The notes beneath the pieces are model-generated. The model ran no database searches. It was not told the origin of the DNA and saw only the letters and a list, made by a program, of their open reading frames with translations. Below, piece by piece: positions 18,095 to 27,585 of a stretch of DNA of 35,967 nucleotides. Both the position numbers and the translations under genes were made by a program. This stretch comes from Pseudonocardiaceae bacterium (GTDB taxonomy: Bacteria; Actinomycetota; Actinomycetes; Mycobacteriales; Pseudonocardiaceae), in NCBI GenBank assembly GCA_035546415.1, contig DASZXM010000445.1, positions 1 through 35,967 of the forward strand, given 5' to 3'. How positions within the stretch are numbered: the first letter of the stretch is position 1; each line of letters opens with the position of its first letter.

Positions 18095-18604
18095 TCACCG
18101 ACGGGACAGGTAGCCCCTGAGGAACATGGCCGCGCCCGCGTGCTGGAGGTCGTCGGACACGACGCTGACCAGCCGCACGCCCAGCGTCACCGGCGGGTCC
18201 CAGCGGGTGTCCACGACCGTGGGCAGGTCGTCGTCGGTGACGGTGCGCAGGTAGTCGACGGTCTGCTGGTACACCTCGTCGTGGTAGCCGACGAGAAGTT
18301 CGGCCGTGGTGCCGCCCAGCGCGGCCACGTCGGCCGGACCGTCGCCGTAGCCGGTGGCATCCGGCGTGAACGGCAGGTCGAACTTCTCGTCCCAGCCCTT
18401 GGCCGTCCACACCTGCCGCAGCTTGGCGACGTCGGCGATGTGGTCGTCCTGCACCCGGGTGAGGTGCCAGACCAGCCAGGCGATCGAGTTGGTGCCCTCC
18501 TCCAGTTGGAACGCCAGATCGTCCGGGTGCAGCCCGTCCACGGCCTCGTGGACGACCTCGCGAATCCGCCCAAAAGCGTCAATCAGTACATCCGCGCTGC
18601 TCAC
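18095..18604 (-). CDS. DinB/DUF664 family protein (mycothiol-transferase-like)
   Basis: NSIAWLVWHLTRVQDDH and DDLQHAGAAMFLRG are DinB-fold His motifs. GTG at 18604 follows GAGAGGAG; the ORF track gives GTG at 18622. Confidence 0.8.
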   Translation of the reverse strand: MSSADVLIDAFGRIREVVHEAVDGLHPDDLAFQLEEGTNSIAWLVWHLTRVQDDHIADVAKLRQVWTAKGWDEKFDLPFTPDATGYGDGPADVAALGGTTAELLVGYHDEVYQQTVDYLRTVTDDDLPTVVDTRWDPPVTLGVRLVSVVSDDLQHAGAAMFLRGYLSRR

Positions 18605-18832
18605 TCGCAGTTCTCCTCTCACCAGGTTGGCCGTTCGAGATTCCCACCAATGTCCGACAGCCGTCGACCGAGCGGTCCAACGGTGAAGGTTCGGCTACCG
18701 CACGATGGTCACGAAGACGCCACGATGCGGATATAGTCGCGTTCTCATATCGACCGACTGTAGCCGCACGACCGGCCAGAATGCCGGCTCCGCGAGCGTC
18801 CGCCGGCCGGCGAAAACGTATGCGTAGGGGGT

Positions 18833-18861
18833 TTGACACGCTGTCGACAGCGTGACATTCT
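18833..18861 (+). promoter_or_regulatory. Candidate promoter TTGACA-N17-CATTCT with the 18-bp perfect palindrome CACGCTGTCGACAGCGTG (18837-18854) in the spacer
   Basis: Read directly. The palindrome is exactly self-complementary and overlaps the -35/-10 spacer, a classic repressor-operator geometry. Confidence 0.4.
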
Positions 18862-19129
18862 GGCGCGCGTGATCACGAATCGACACCGCTTGCTGGGCAT
18901 GCGTCCGGTGTCGAACCGACCCCTCTCTTCCGTCGGTACACATACGGTGACGACCGGGGCCACATCGTGAAAGGCCCGGGCAGATTTCCTGGCCACACAT
19001 TCAATGACGCGGCATGGACCGTGCATGCCGCGGCGGAACGGCGCCGTGCTACCCACGGTGGTCGTTCCGCGGGGCACATTCGTCGTTCGGCTTCCGGTGC
19101 CTGGGGGTCCCGGAAGAGTGATCGGCACA

Positions 19130-19171
19130 AAGTGTCGACACTTCTCGCTTCAGGTAAAGTGTCGACACTTT
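19130..19171. promoter_or_regulatory. Two copies of the palindrome AAGTGTCGACACTT (19130-19143 and, within the 16-bp palindrome 19156-19171, at 19157-19170), centres 27 bp apart
   Basis: Read directly. Both share the TGTCGACA core with the palindrome at 18837-18854. They lie about 500 bp upstream of the ABC substrate-binding protein gene. Confidence 0.45.
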
Positions 19172-19670
19172 TTCCGTACGGCGACGTGACATCGCGCCGA
19201 ATAGAGTGCCCGGCCGTGGTTTCCGCGGCAGTCGCAGGGTATCGTCCCGTGCCCGCGAGGTTGTCCGGTTGGCGACGGTGCCCCCGGGCGCATACGTAAC
19301 CTGCGGCCGGACGGACACCGACCGACAGACGACCACATAATCACTGGTAGTAAAGGTGCACCGCGTCCCGTGACCCACCCGACCCCCACCCGCAGCCCCG
19401 GCAGGCCGGCCGGGACTGGCGCCCGCCGTCCGGTCGACACACCGACCGCGACGTCTGTCGCGCGCCGCCGCTCCGGCCGCCGCGGTCGCGGCATCGGCGT
19501 CGAATACACGTCACCGGCCCGCACCCCCATGACCGGTCCGCCGCCGCTCGGGCGCACGACGACGGCACCGGAAAACAGTTCGACCCCGCCCGAGGTTCCA
19601 CCTTTTTTCGCACGGCCCTTCCCACGTGATTCCAGATCACGCATCCTTCACGACAAAGGAACTAGATAAC

Positions 19671-20705
19671 ATGGTGTGGCGTGTTCGCGATGCGCACTTC
19701 GGCCGCTTAAGCGGCCGGGTGGCATTGACTGCTACCGCGGTACTCGCACTTGGTTTGGCGACGTCCTGCAGTGCGCTTTCCGGAAACAGCTCGGACTCGT
19801 CGGGCGGTTCGAATTCGGGGAACCTGGAAAAGCCGACCATCAAGGTCGGCGCCATCGCAGGTGCCAGCTCCGCGTCGCTGTACATCGCGGCCGACAAGGG
19901 CTACTTCAAGCAGGAGGGCCTGAACGTCCAGATCGTCACGACCAAGAACGGTTCGACGGCCCTGAACCAGATGAAGGGCGGGCAGCTGGACATCACCCTG
20001 GCCAACGACGTCAGCGGCATCCAGTTCAAGATGAAGGGCAACCCGATCGACCTGGTGTTCGACGGCCCGAGCAACGCCCCGCACACCATCGTGATCTCGG
20101 CCCTGCCCAACTCGCCCATCAAGACGCTGAAGGATCTCCAGGGCAAGAACCTGGGCATCAGCTCGCAGAAGGACGCCGTGTTCGCGACGCTGCAGCAGAG
20201 CCTGGAAGCCGTGAACGTGGACCCGAAGTCGGTCAACTACAAGACGGTTCCGTACGGGGAAAGCGAGCAGTTCCTCCAGTCGCATGCGGTGGACGCTACG
20301 GTGACCATCGAGCCGTACACCACCGAGGCCGCCGAGCAGTTGGGTGCCCGCCCCGTGGTCGACGTGTTCCCGGCCGGTAGTGCCGAGGCGAACATCCCGA
20401 ACGCCGGTTACTTCGCCAGCGAGAAGTTCGTCAAGGGCAACCCGAAGACGCTCGCCGCGTTCCAGCGCGCCATGGTCAAGGGTGCCAACGACGCGGCCAA
20501 CCGGCAGAACGTCGAGAACGCGATCGCCAAGCACATCCCGAAGCTGTCCAAGCAGGTGTTGGACGTCATGGCGCTGCCGGGCTTCCCGTCCGACCTCGAC
20601 CCGAACCGGATCCAGCGGGTCGCCGACCTGATGCAGAAGTCGGGCATCATCAAGAGCCACTTCGACATCCGGCAGATGCTCGCACCGTTCCCGACGTCGT
20701 CCTGA
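19671..20705 (+). CDS. ABC transporter substrate-binding lipoprotein, NitT/TauT (NMT1/sulfonate-nitrate-taurine) family
   Basis: Lipobox-like LGLATSC after a signal peptide, followed by an NMT1-like periplasmic binding fold (KPTIKVGAI...ALNQMKGGQLDI...). ATG at 19671 with AAAGGA upstream. Confidence 0.85.
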   Translation: MVWRVRDAHFGRLSGRVALTATAVLALGLATSCSALSGNSSDSSGGSNSGNLEKPTIKVGAIAGASSASLYIAADKGYFKQEGLNVQIVTTKNGSTALNQMKGGQLDITLANDVSGIQFKMKGNPIDLVFDGPSNAPHTIVISALPNSPIKTLKDLQGKNLGISSQKDAVFATLQQSLEAVNVDPKSVNYKTVPYGESEQFLQSHAVDATVTIEPYTTEAAEQLGARPVVDVFPAGSAEANIPNAGYFASEKFVKGNPKTLAAFQRAMVKGANDAANRQNVENAIAKHIPKLSKQVLDVMALPGFPSDLDPNRIQRVADLMQKSGIIKSHFDIRQMLAPFPTSS

Positions 20706-20707
20706 CG

Positions 20708-22252
20708 GTGAACGGTCGCCTGCTTCGCGGCGTGGCCGGTCTGGTCGGCGTCTTCCTCGTCTGGGAGATCGTCAGCCGGACCGGCCTCGTGGACGCTTTC
20801 CTGCTACCACCCCCGACGGGGGTGGTAGCCCGCGTGTTCAGCCTGCTCGGCGAGGCCGACTTCCAGGTCGCGCTGATCGCCACGCTGCTGACGTGGCTGC
20901 TGTCGCTGGGCATCACGATCGCGATCGCGGTGCCGCTGGGCATCGTGCTGGGCAGCGTGCCCGGCGTGCGGACGGCGACCAGCGCGGTGATCGAGTTCGT
21001 CCGGCCGATCCCGGCGGTGTCGCTGATCCCGGTGGCCCTGGTGCTGCTGGGCGGCGGGCCGGCCACCAACATCACCCTCGCGGCGTTCGCCGGTACGTGG
21101 CCGCTGCTGTTCAACGTCATGGGCGCGGTCCGCGAGACCGACCCGATGCTGCTGGACACGGCCAAGTCGTTCGGCCTGGGCACGGTCGCGACCGCGGTTC
21201 GAGTGCGGCTGCCCGCCGTGGCCAGGGCCGCGGTCACCGGTCTCCGGGTCACCGCCGGTCTGGAACTGATCGTGATCGTGTCGGTCGGGCTGCTCACCAT
21301 CATCGACGGCGGCGTCGGCGGCTACCTGTGGACCGCGGGTGAGTCGCTGGGCGACACCATCACGGTGTTGGCCGGCACGGTGATCATCGGCGTCCTCGGC
21401 TACGCGGTCAACCAGGGCCTGCTGGCGCTGCTGCACATCAAGTGGCTGCACCCCACGGCGAGCGGTGCGCCGGAGCGGGGCCAGCGCGGGTCGTCCCGCT
21501 GGTGGGTGCGGTTCCTCCAGCGGTGGGGCACGTTCGTGGTGGCGATCGGGCTGTGGCAGCTGGTCGCCGTGCGGGCCGACGACCCGAACGTGCCGCCCCC
21601 GGTGACCATCGCCCAGACGATCTGGCACAACGCGTCGCTCGTGGTGAACAGCACGCCGCTGTCGCTGGCCCGGTTGGGCACCGGCTGGATCATCGCGGCC
21701 GTCGTCGGCGTCGGTATGGGTCTGCTGTTCGGCCAACTCCCCCGTGCCGCCGACGTGGTCGAGCCGGTGGGCGCGTTCCTGCGGGCCATCCCACCGGTGC
21801 TGCTCATGCCGATCCTGGTGATCTGGTTCCAGCTGGGCGACACGCTGGAGATCGTGACGATCGCGCTGGGCTGTGGCTGGCCGATCTTCGTGCAGACCAT
21901 CGAAGGTGTCCGGTCGATCGAACCGGTGCTGCTGGACACGTCCCACTCGTACGGCACGGGACGGCTGCGGCACATGTTCGGCGTGGTGGCTCCGGCCGCC
22001 GCACCGAAGATCGTCACCGGCCTGCGGGTCAGCCTCAGCCTCGCCCTGATCCTCATGGTCATCACCGAACTGCTCGGCCAGTCCAGCGGGTTGGGCTACG
22101 AGCTCGACCAGGCCGGCAGCACGTTCGACTACCCGACGATGTGGGCATGCATCGTGCTGCTCGGCGTGCTCGGGTACCTGCTCAACACCATCCTGCTCGC
22201 CGCCGATCGCCGTCTCGTCTCGTGGCGGCACGAAGGGGCCACCGAAGAGTGA
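20708..22252 (+). CDS. ABC transporter permease with two fused BPD-type permease domains
   Basis: Two tandem halves each carry the EAA-like loop (first: DPMLLDTAKSFGLGTVATAVRVRLPAVARA; second: EPVLLDTSHSYGTGRLRHMFGVVAPAAAPK) and about six TM segments. Confidence 0.85.
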   Translation: MNGRLLRGVAGLVGVFLVWEIVSRTGLVDAFLLPPPTGVVARVFSLLGEADFQVALIATLLTWLLSLGITIAIAVPLGIVLGSVPGVRTATSAVIEFVRPIPAVSLIPVALVLLGGGPATNITLAAFAGTWPLLFNVMGAVRETDPMLLDTAKSFGLGTVATAVRVRLPAVARAAVTGLRVTAGLELIVIVSVGLLTIIDGGVGGYLWTAGESLGDTITVLAGTVIIGVLGYAVNQGLLALLHIKWLHPTASGAPERGQRGSSRWWVRFLQRWGTFVVAIGLWQLVAVRADDPNVPPPVTIAQTIWHNASLVVNSTPLSLARLGTGWIIAAVVGVGMGLLFGQLPRAADVVEPVGAFLRAIPPVLLMPILVIWFQLGDTLEIVTIALGCGWPIFVQTIEGVRSIEPVLLDTSHSYGTGRLRHMFGVVAPAAAPKIVTGLRVSLSLALILMVITELLGQSSGLGYELDQAGSTFDYPTMWACIVLLGVLGYLLNTILLAADRRLVSWRHEGATEE

Positions 22253-23013
22253 TGACGGACTACTTCAGACCGGCCGGCACGCAAGCGGCGCCCGGGACCC
22301 GGTTCGGCACCGAGGCGGACGCGTTCCACCGGCTTCGGCCCACCCCGCCGGAGCCGGCCGTCGAGTGGCTGGTGCGGGAGGGCATCCCGTCGGCGGTGGA
22401 CGTCGGCGCGGGCACCGGGCTGTTCACCCAACTGCTGGCCCGGCGGGTGCCCACGGTGTACGCGGTCGAGCCGGACCCGCGGATGCGGGCCCGGCTCGTC
22501 ACGCACTGTCCGGACGTGACGGTGCTGGACGGCACGGCCGAGAACATCCCGCTGCCCGACGCCAGTGTGGCAGCGGTGTTCGCGAGCTCGGCGTGGCACT
22601 GGGCCGATCCACTGCTGGCACTGCCGGAAATTGCACGTGTCCTGATGCCGGGCGGGATTCTCGGCGTCTCGTGGAACATGCCCGACCGCCGGATCGGCTG
22701 GCGGGCCAAACTGGACGAGATCACCTGGAAGACCGGGGAGGCCGGGCGCGGGCCCGGTCGCTTCGAACTGCCCGACGACGCGCCGTTCGACGAACCGGAA
22801 CATCTCGTGCACGACTGGCGGATGCGGATGACCGTGGACGAACTGGTCGCCTCACTGGCCACCTACGACCACGTCCTCGCTCTGTCCGATGTGGACCGGA
22901 CAGCGGTCCTGGAGGACGCGCGCATCTTTCTCAACGGGAATCCCGCGACATCCCGAGGCATCATCGAGGTTCCGTTCCGCACGGCCTGTTTCCGCACCAC
23001 CTATCGCGGCTGA
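22252..23013 (+). CDS. Class I SAM-dependent methyltransferase
   Basis: Motif I VDVGAGTGLFTQLL, then PDASVAAVFASSAWHW and LMPGGILGVSW. The start overlaps the permease stop (TGATG). Confidence 0.85.
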   Translation: MTDYFRPAGTQAAPGTRFGTEADAFHRLRPTPPEPAVEWLVREGIPSAVDVGAGTGLFTQLLARRVPTVYAVEPDPRMRARLVTHCPDVTVLDGTAENIPLPDASVAAVFASSAWHWADPLLALPEIARVLMPGGILGVSWNMPDRRIGWRAKLDEITWKTGEAGRGPGRFELPDDAPFDEPEHLVHDWRMRMTVDELVASLATYDHVLALSDVDRTAVLEDARIFLNGNPATSRGIIEVPFRTACFRTTYRG

Positions 23014-23052
23014 CCACCCACCGTGACCCGTCGGGGACGCAGCGACACGGCA

Positions 23053-23085
23053 GGCAACGGGTGGAGATCGATTCCGCCCGTTGCC
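23053..23085 (+). terminator. Hairpin after the methyltransferase gene
   Basis: GGCAACGGG-N15-CCCGTTGCC: a 9-bp stem, 40 nt after the stop. Confidence 0.35.
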
Positions 23086-23179
23086 ACACGCTGCGCCCCA
23101 CCAACGCCTCGCGGCGGGTTAGTCTGATGACAATCATCAAGGCAATCACCGGGCCAGGGCGAGACGAGGGACGTGCGGC

Positions 23180-23983
23180 GTGGAGCTACCGGACTGGGTG
23201 CCCGACGGCGTGGAAGTGACCGTGCCCAACGCGGCCCGGATGTACGACTACGCGCTGGGCGGTTACCACAACTTCGCGGTGGACCGGGAGTTCGTCGAGC
23301 GGGCGGAGAAGCTGATGCCCGGCGCGATCGCCGTCGGCCACGCCAACCGGGCCTTCGTCGGCCGTTCGGTGCGCTGGCTGGTCGACGCGGGCGTACGACA
23401 GTTCCTGGACATCGGCTCCGGAATCCCCACCCTGGGCAACGTGCACGAGGTCGCTCAGCTGGCGGCTCCGGAGTCCCGGGTGATGTACGTGGACATCGAC
23501 CCGGTGGCGGTCGCGCACAGCCAGGCGATCCTGTCCGGCAACGACCTGGCCGGCGTCATCCAGGCCGATCTGCGGCATCCGGCCGATATTCTCTATCACC
23601 CTGATGTGCTGGCGCTGCTTGACTTCTCGCAGCCGGTCGCGGTGTTGTTGAACGCGGTGGTGCATTTCGTACCCGACGCGGACGACCCGAAGGCCATCCT
23701 GGCGCAGATCAGGGACGCGCTGGTCAAGGGCAGCTACGTGACGATGACGCACGGCACGAAGTTCGAGGAGCGTGCCGAGGAACAGGACGACTTGGCGCAG
23801 TTGTACAAGAGCACGCCCACATCGGTGCACTACCGCACGCCGGACGAGGTGGCCGGTCTGTTTGCCGGGTTCGAGTTGGTGGAACCCGGTGTCGTCACGG
23901 TGACGGCGTGGCATCCCGACCCAGACGAGCAGGACGATCCGGCGCAACCCGGAGTCCTGGCGGCCGTCGGCCGCAAACCCTGA
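23180..23983 (+). CDS. SAM-dependent methyltransferase, DUF574 (Methyltransf_19) type
   Basis: ARMYDYALGGYHNFAVDRE, FLDIGSGIPT and VMYVDIDPVAVAHS are hallmarks of the actinobacterial DUF574 family. GTG start. Confidence 0.8.
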   Translation: MELPDWVPDGVEVTVPNAARMYDYALGGYHNFAVDREFVERAEKLMPGAIAVGHANRAFVGRSVRWLVDAGVRQFLDIGSGIPTLGNVHEVAQLAAPESRVMYVDIDPVAVAHSQAILSGNDLAGVIQADLRHPADILYHPDVLALLDFSQPVAVLLNAVVHFVPDADDPKAILAQIRDALVKGSYVTMTHGTKFEERAEEQDDLAQLYKSTPTSVHYRTPDEVAGLFAGFELVEPGVVTVTAWHPDPDEQDDPAQPGVLAAVGRKP

Positions 23984-24101
23984 TCCGTCCGCGTCCGATC
24001 GTTCGGACACTCTGGCTTTTCGGATGCCGCCGGGTGACAATCGGCCGGCACGCCGGGATTACGCCGTTCGCACAGGAGCCGCACGCCACCGAGAGCAGCC
24101 C

Positions 24102-25961
24102 ATGACGCAGACACCGAAAGCTCTCACCGCCGCCGAGCTGCTCGACCAGCGGATCAGCGCGTTCGCCAGGTCGTGGGCCAGGGTGCTGGCCAGCACCAGC
24201 TTCGTTCCCGGAGGCAGGGCGAAGGCCCGCGCCGTGCTGGAGGACGCGCTGCGACGGTTGGTCGACGTGCTCGGCGCGCAGGCGTTCGACCCGCAGGTCG
24301 GCCGGGACATCGGCAGGGACCTGGTGGCCAACCACATCTCGACGCCACGCACGCTCGGCGACTCGATCAGTCTGCTGGGCGGCCGGTTGCTGGACGAGTT
24401 GGACATCCGTTCGGCCGCTACCCAGCCGCGGCTGGCGGCGTTGCTGGGCCAGTTGGCGACCGGGTTCACGGAGGCGCTGCGGGACGGCGCGCTCACGGCG
24501 GCGGAGGACATCAACAAGGCCGAGCGGGCCGCGTGGCGGGACCAGCAGCGGCGGATGTACCGGCGGTTGCAGCACGCCCTGCTGCACGACCAGTTGACGG
24601 ACCTGCCCAACCGGGCCCAGTTCACCGGCTGGCTGGAGGAGATCATCGCCAGGGCGGCGGTGGACGACCGGGTCGGGTTGTGCGTCATCAACCTGGACCG
24701 CTTCAAGACGATCACCGACAGCATCGGCATGGACAAGGCCGACCAGTTGTTGTTGGCGGTGGCGAACCGGTTGCGGCCGCTGGCCAACCGCTACGGCCAC
24801 TTCCTCGCGCACCTGGGTGGCGACACGTTCGCCATCGGTGTCGAAAGGACGTTGAGCAGCGACGACGTGGCGAAGGTCGCCGATCGTGCGCTGCGCACGT
24901 TGAGCGACCCGATCCGGTTGGACGGCATGCAGATCCCGGTCACGGCCAGCGCCGGAATCGTGGAACGGACCGTTGTCGGTGCCCAGGCCGTCGAGTTGAT
25001 CCGGGCGGCGGACATCTCGGTCGGCTGGGCGAAGGTGGACCAGGGTGCGCACCGGCGGGGCCGGTGGGCGGTGTTCGACTCGCTGCGCAACGCCGAGGAC
25101 GTGCGGAAGCACACGCTGACGGCGGCGATGCCGGCGGCGTTGGCGCGCAACGAGTTCGGTTTGGCCTACCAGCCGTTGACGCGGTTGGGCGACGGGGAGT
25201 TGATCGGTGTCGAGGCGTTGGCCCGGTGGCACCACCCGTCGCTGGGGCTCATCGGGCCCGGGCAGTTCATCCCGGCGGCGGAGGACACCGGCCTGATCGT
25301 GCCGTTGGGGATCGCGCTGCTGGAACAGGCGTGCCGGCAGGCGGTTCGGTGGCGGGACGGCTGCGGTGTGACGGTCCTGATGAGTGCGAACCTCGCCGTG
25401 GCGCAGATCCGGGAGCCCGGGCTGGTGCCGGCGATCGCGTCGGTGCTGCGGCGGACCGGTTGGGACCCCACGGATCTCCAGTTGGAGATCGTCGAGAGCG
25501 CGTTCATCGGGACCGACGACGAGGCCATGGAGACGTTGGACGGGCTGACCCGGTTGGGGATCCGGTTGGCCATCGACGATTTCGGGACCGGGTACTCGTC
25601 GTTGGCCTACCTGGCTGAGCTTCCCGTGCACAACGTGAAGTTGGCCGCCCGGTTCCTACGGGGGTTGGACGGTGGGAGCGCCAATCGGACGATTCTGCCC
25701 GCCCTGGTGGCCTTGAGTCACGACCTCGAGTTGAGCGTGACGGCTGAGGGGATCGAGAACCGGGAGCAGGCGGAGTACCTGCGGGAGATCGGGTGTGACC
25801 TGGGGCAGGGGTACTTCCTGGGGCGGCCGGTGCGGGCCGAGATGATCACCGAGCTGATGACTCGCCGTGGGTCGTCGGGGTCGGGCTCGGAGCCCGGGAT
25901 GCGGCCAGAGGTGGGGATGCGGCCCGCCGCCCCCGACGCGACGGGCCGCAAGATCTCCTGA
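24102..25961 (+). CDS. GGDEF (degenerate, GGDTF) - EAL domain protein with an unassigned ~170-aa N-terminal domain
   Basis: GGDTF at 24816-24830. EAL-domain residues look intact (GVEALARW, MSANL, LQLEIVES, DDFGTGYSSL, KLA, AEGIE, GQGY). Confidence 0.9.
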   Translation: MTQTPKALTAAELLDQRISAFARSWARVLASTSFVPGGRAKARAVLEDALRRLVDVLGAQAFDPQVGRDIGRDLVANHISTPRTLGDSISLLGGRLLDELDIRSAATQPRLAALLGQLATGFTEALRDGALTAAEDINKAERAAWRDQQRRMYRRLQHALLHDQLTDLPNRAQFTGWLEEIIARAAVDDRVGLCVINLDRFKTITDSIGMDKADQLLLAVANRLRPLANRYGHFLAHLGGDTFAIGVERTLSSDDVAKVADRALRTLSDPIRLDGMQIPVTASAGIVERTVVGAQAVELIRAADISVGWAKVDQGAHRRGRWAVFDSLRNAEDVRKHTLTAAMPAALARNEFGLAYQPLTRLGDGELIGVEALARWHHPSLGLIGPGQFIPAAEDTGLIVPLGIALLEQACRQAVRWRDGCGVTVLMSANLAVAQIREPGLVPAIASVLRRTGWDPTDLQLEIVESAFIGTDDEAMETLDGLTRLGIRLAIDDFGTGYSSLAYLAELPVHNVKLAARFLRGLDGGSANRTILPALVALSHDLELSVTAEGIENREQAEYLREIGCDLGQGYFLGRPVRAEMITELMTRRGSSGSGSEPGMRPEVGMRPAAPDATGRKIS

Positions 25962-26095
25962 CCTGGTCGTTTGCCGCAGGTACCACGGTTGAGCGTGCGG
26001 TAAACGTGGTGTCGTTGTCAGTTGACGGTTGTGGTGGCGGGTTGGTTCTGCCCCGGGCGGATGTGTCACCTGTTCGGCGGCTTCCCCCATGCGGG

Positions 26096-26131
26096 AGCCC
26101 GGGCGCCCTGGTGTGGGTGGGCGCCCGGGCT
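26096..26131. terminator. Bidirectional hairpin between convergent genes
   Basis: AGCCCGGGCGCCC-N10-GGGCGCCCGGGCT: a 13-bp perfect stem between the GGDEF-EAL stop and the chitinase stop. Confidence 0.6.
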
Positions 26132-26148
26132 GGTCCGCGCGGACCGGG

Positions 26149-27585
26149 TCAGCCGGTGTAACCGGCGAAGGCCTTGGCGAAGGCGTTGGGCGACTGGGTG
26201 ATGCTGCTGCACGTCGGGGACGCCCACGTCTGCGCGCCTCCGGGGCACTGGGTGTCCCTGGCCGCCGACCAGAACGACAGCCACGCCAGGTGCTTCTGTT
26301 GGGCGAACGTGACCAGCTTCGCGGCGTTCGCCGTGGTGAACGTTTCCGAGCTGACGTCGTTCACGCCGATCATCGGGGTCACCGCGATCCTGGACCACGC
26401 GTCCGCGTCGGACAGGCCCCACACGTTCTTCACCGTCGCCTGGACCGCCGTTGCCGCGTCGATCGCGTTCTGGCCCATGTCCGCCGGGAACGAACTGCCG
26501 TAGTCCATCGCCATGATGTTCACCGCCGCGATCGTCGCTCCGTTGTTCTTGGCGCTCTGCAGGAGGTTCACGCCGTCCTGCGTCAGGCCCGACGGGAGGA
26601 CCGGCAGCGTGTACGACACGCTCAGCGACTTGTCGTTCTGTTCCAGGATCTTGATGGCCTGGTTGCGGCGGTCGTTGGCGGTCGTGTTGCTCAGTGCCGC
26701 ACCCTCGATGTCGAAGTCGATCTGTTTCGCGTTCGTCGCCGTGATCACGCTCTGGTACGCCGACGCCAACGCCTGCGCACTGGAGCAGTTCAGCGCCAGT
26801 TCGCTGCCGCTGGCCCCGCCGAACGACACCCGCACGTCACCGCCCGCCGCGCGCAGTCCGCTGATGTCGGACATGATCGTCGGGTCGTTCACCGCCGTCA
26901 CACCGCCCCACTTGGGGGTGCAGTTGTTGCCGCTGTCGACGATGAACGCCAGGTTGAAGAACTTGTTGCCGGTGGCCTTCGCCGCTCCCGCCAGGTCGTA
27001 CAGCGGGTACAGCGACAGGTCCGCGTACGGTGCGAAACGGCCGAACGAGCCGGATGCCGGTGGCGGTGCCGACGTCGACGAACCCGTGGACGCCGGCGGC
27101 GTCTTCGTTGTCGTCGTCGTGGGCGGTGGCGCCGTCGCCGTGGACGTCGGTGCGCCCACCGGGGTCGACGGGGCCGTGCCGCTGCCGCAGTCCACGTTGT
27201 TGATCGTGCAGGTGCTCGGCTTGTCGCCGCCCGTGCCCGAGACCTGGAAGCCGAAGTCCGTGCTGGACCCCGGTGTCAGCGTGCCGTTCCAGTCGTCGTT
27301 GCGGACCGTGACCTGGTTGCCCTGCTTCGTCATGACGCCGTTCCACAGGCCCGTGACCGTGTCGCCGGCCGGCAGGCTGAACGACACCGTCCAACTGTGG
27401 GTCGTCTCGCCGCCGGTGTTGCGTACCACGTACGTCGCGACGTACCCGTCGTCCCACTGGCTCGACTTGGCGAAGGTGGCGGTCATCTCGTCGGCTGAAG
27501 CAGTGCCGCCGAGCGCCACGCCGACGCCCGCGGCCAGCACGGCGGTCAGTCCCCCCATCACGACCCACCGCATGCGCTTGCCCAT
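26149..27585 (-). CDS. Secreted GH18 chitinase with an N-terminal CBM2 carbohydrate-binding module
   Basis: Signal peptide, then a CBM2-like domain (QWDDGYVATYVVRNTG...WNGTL...FGFQVSG...C), a Thr/Pro linker, and a GH18 catalytic motif QIDFDIEG (DxDxE). ATG at 27585 after GGAGG. Confidence 0.9.
   Translation of the reverse strand: MGKRMRWVVMGGLTAVLAAGVGVALGGTASADEMTATFAKSSQWDDGYVATYVVRNTGGETTHSWTVSFSLPAGDTVTGLWNGVMTKQGNQVTVRNDDWNGTLTPGSSTDFGFQVSGTGGDKPSTCTINNVDCGSGTAPSTPVGAPTSTATAPPPTTTTTKTPPASTGSSTSAPPPASGSFGRFAPYADLSLYPLYDLAGAAKATGNKFFNLAFIVDSGNNCTPKWGGVTAVNDPTIMSDISGLRAAGGDVRVSFGGASGSELALNCSSAQALASAYQSVITATNAKQIDFDIEGAALSNTTANDRRNQAIKILEQNDKSLSVSYTLPVLPSGLTQDGVNLLQSAKNNGATIAAVNIMAMDYGSSFPADMGQNAIDAATAVQATVKNVWGLSDADAWSRIAVTPMIGVNDVSSETFTTANAAKLVTFAQQKHLAWLSFWSAARDTQCPGGAQTWASPTCSSITQSPNAFAKAFAGYTG

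Noticed and set aside
18880-18914. tRNA-like or structured RNA (TCGACACCG-N17-CGGTGTCGA hairpin next to a GGTGTCGAACC string)
   Set aside because: There is no cloverleaf, no D-arm or anticodon arm, and no GTTCGAATC T-loop. It is only an isolated 9-bp stem.
19547-19608. Terminator or attenuator (TTTTTT tract at 19603-19608) and a possible riboswitch in the leader of the binding-protein gene
   Set aside because: The only stem I can pair (CTCGGGCG / CGCCCGAG) is 8 bp with a 32-nt loop and ends 8 nt before the T-tract. I saw no TPP (CTGAGA), SAM or B12-box signatures in 19200-19670.
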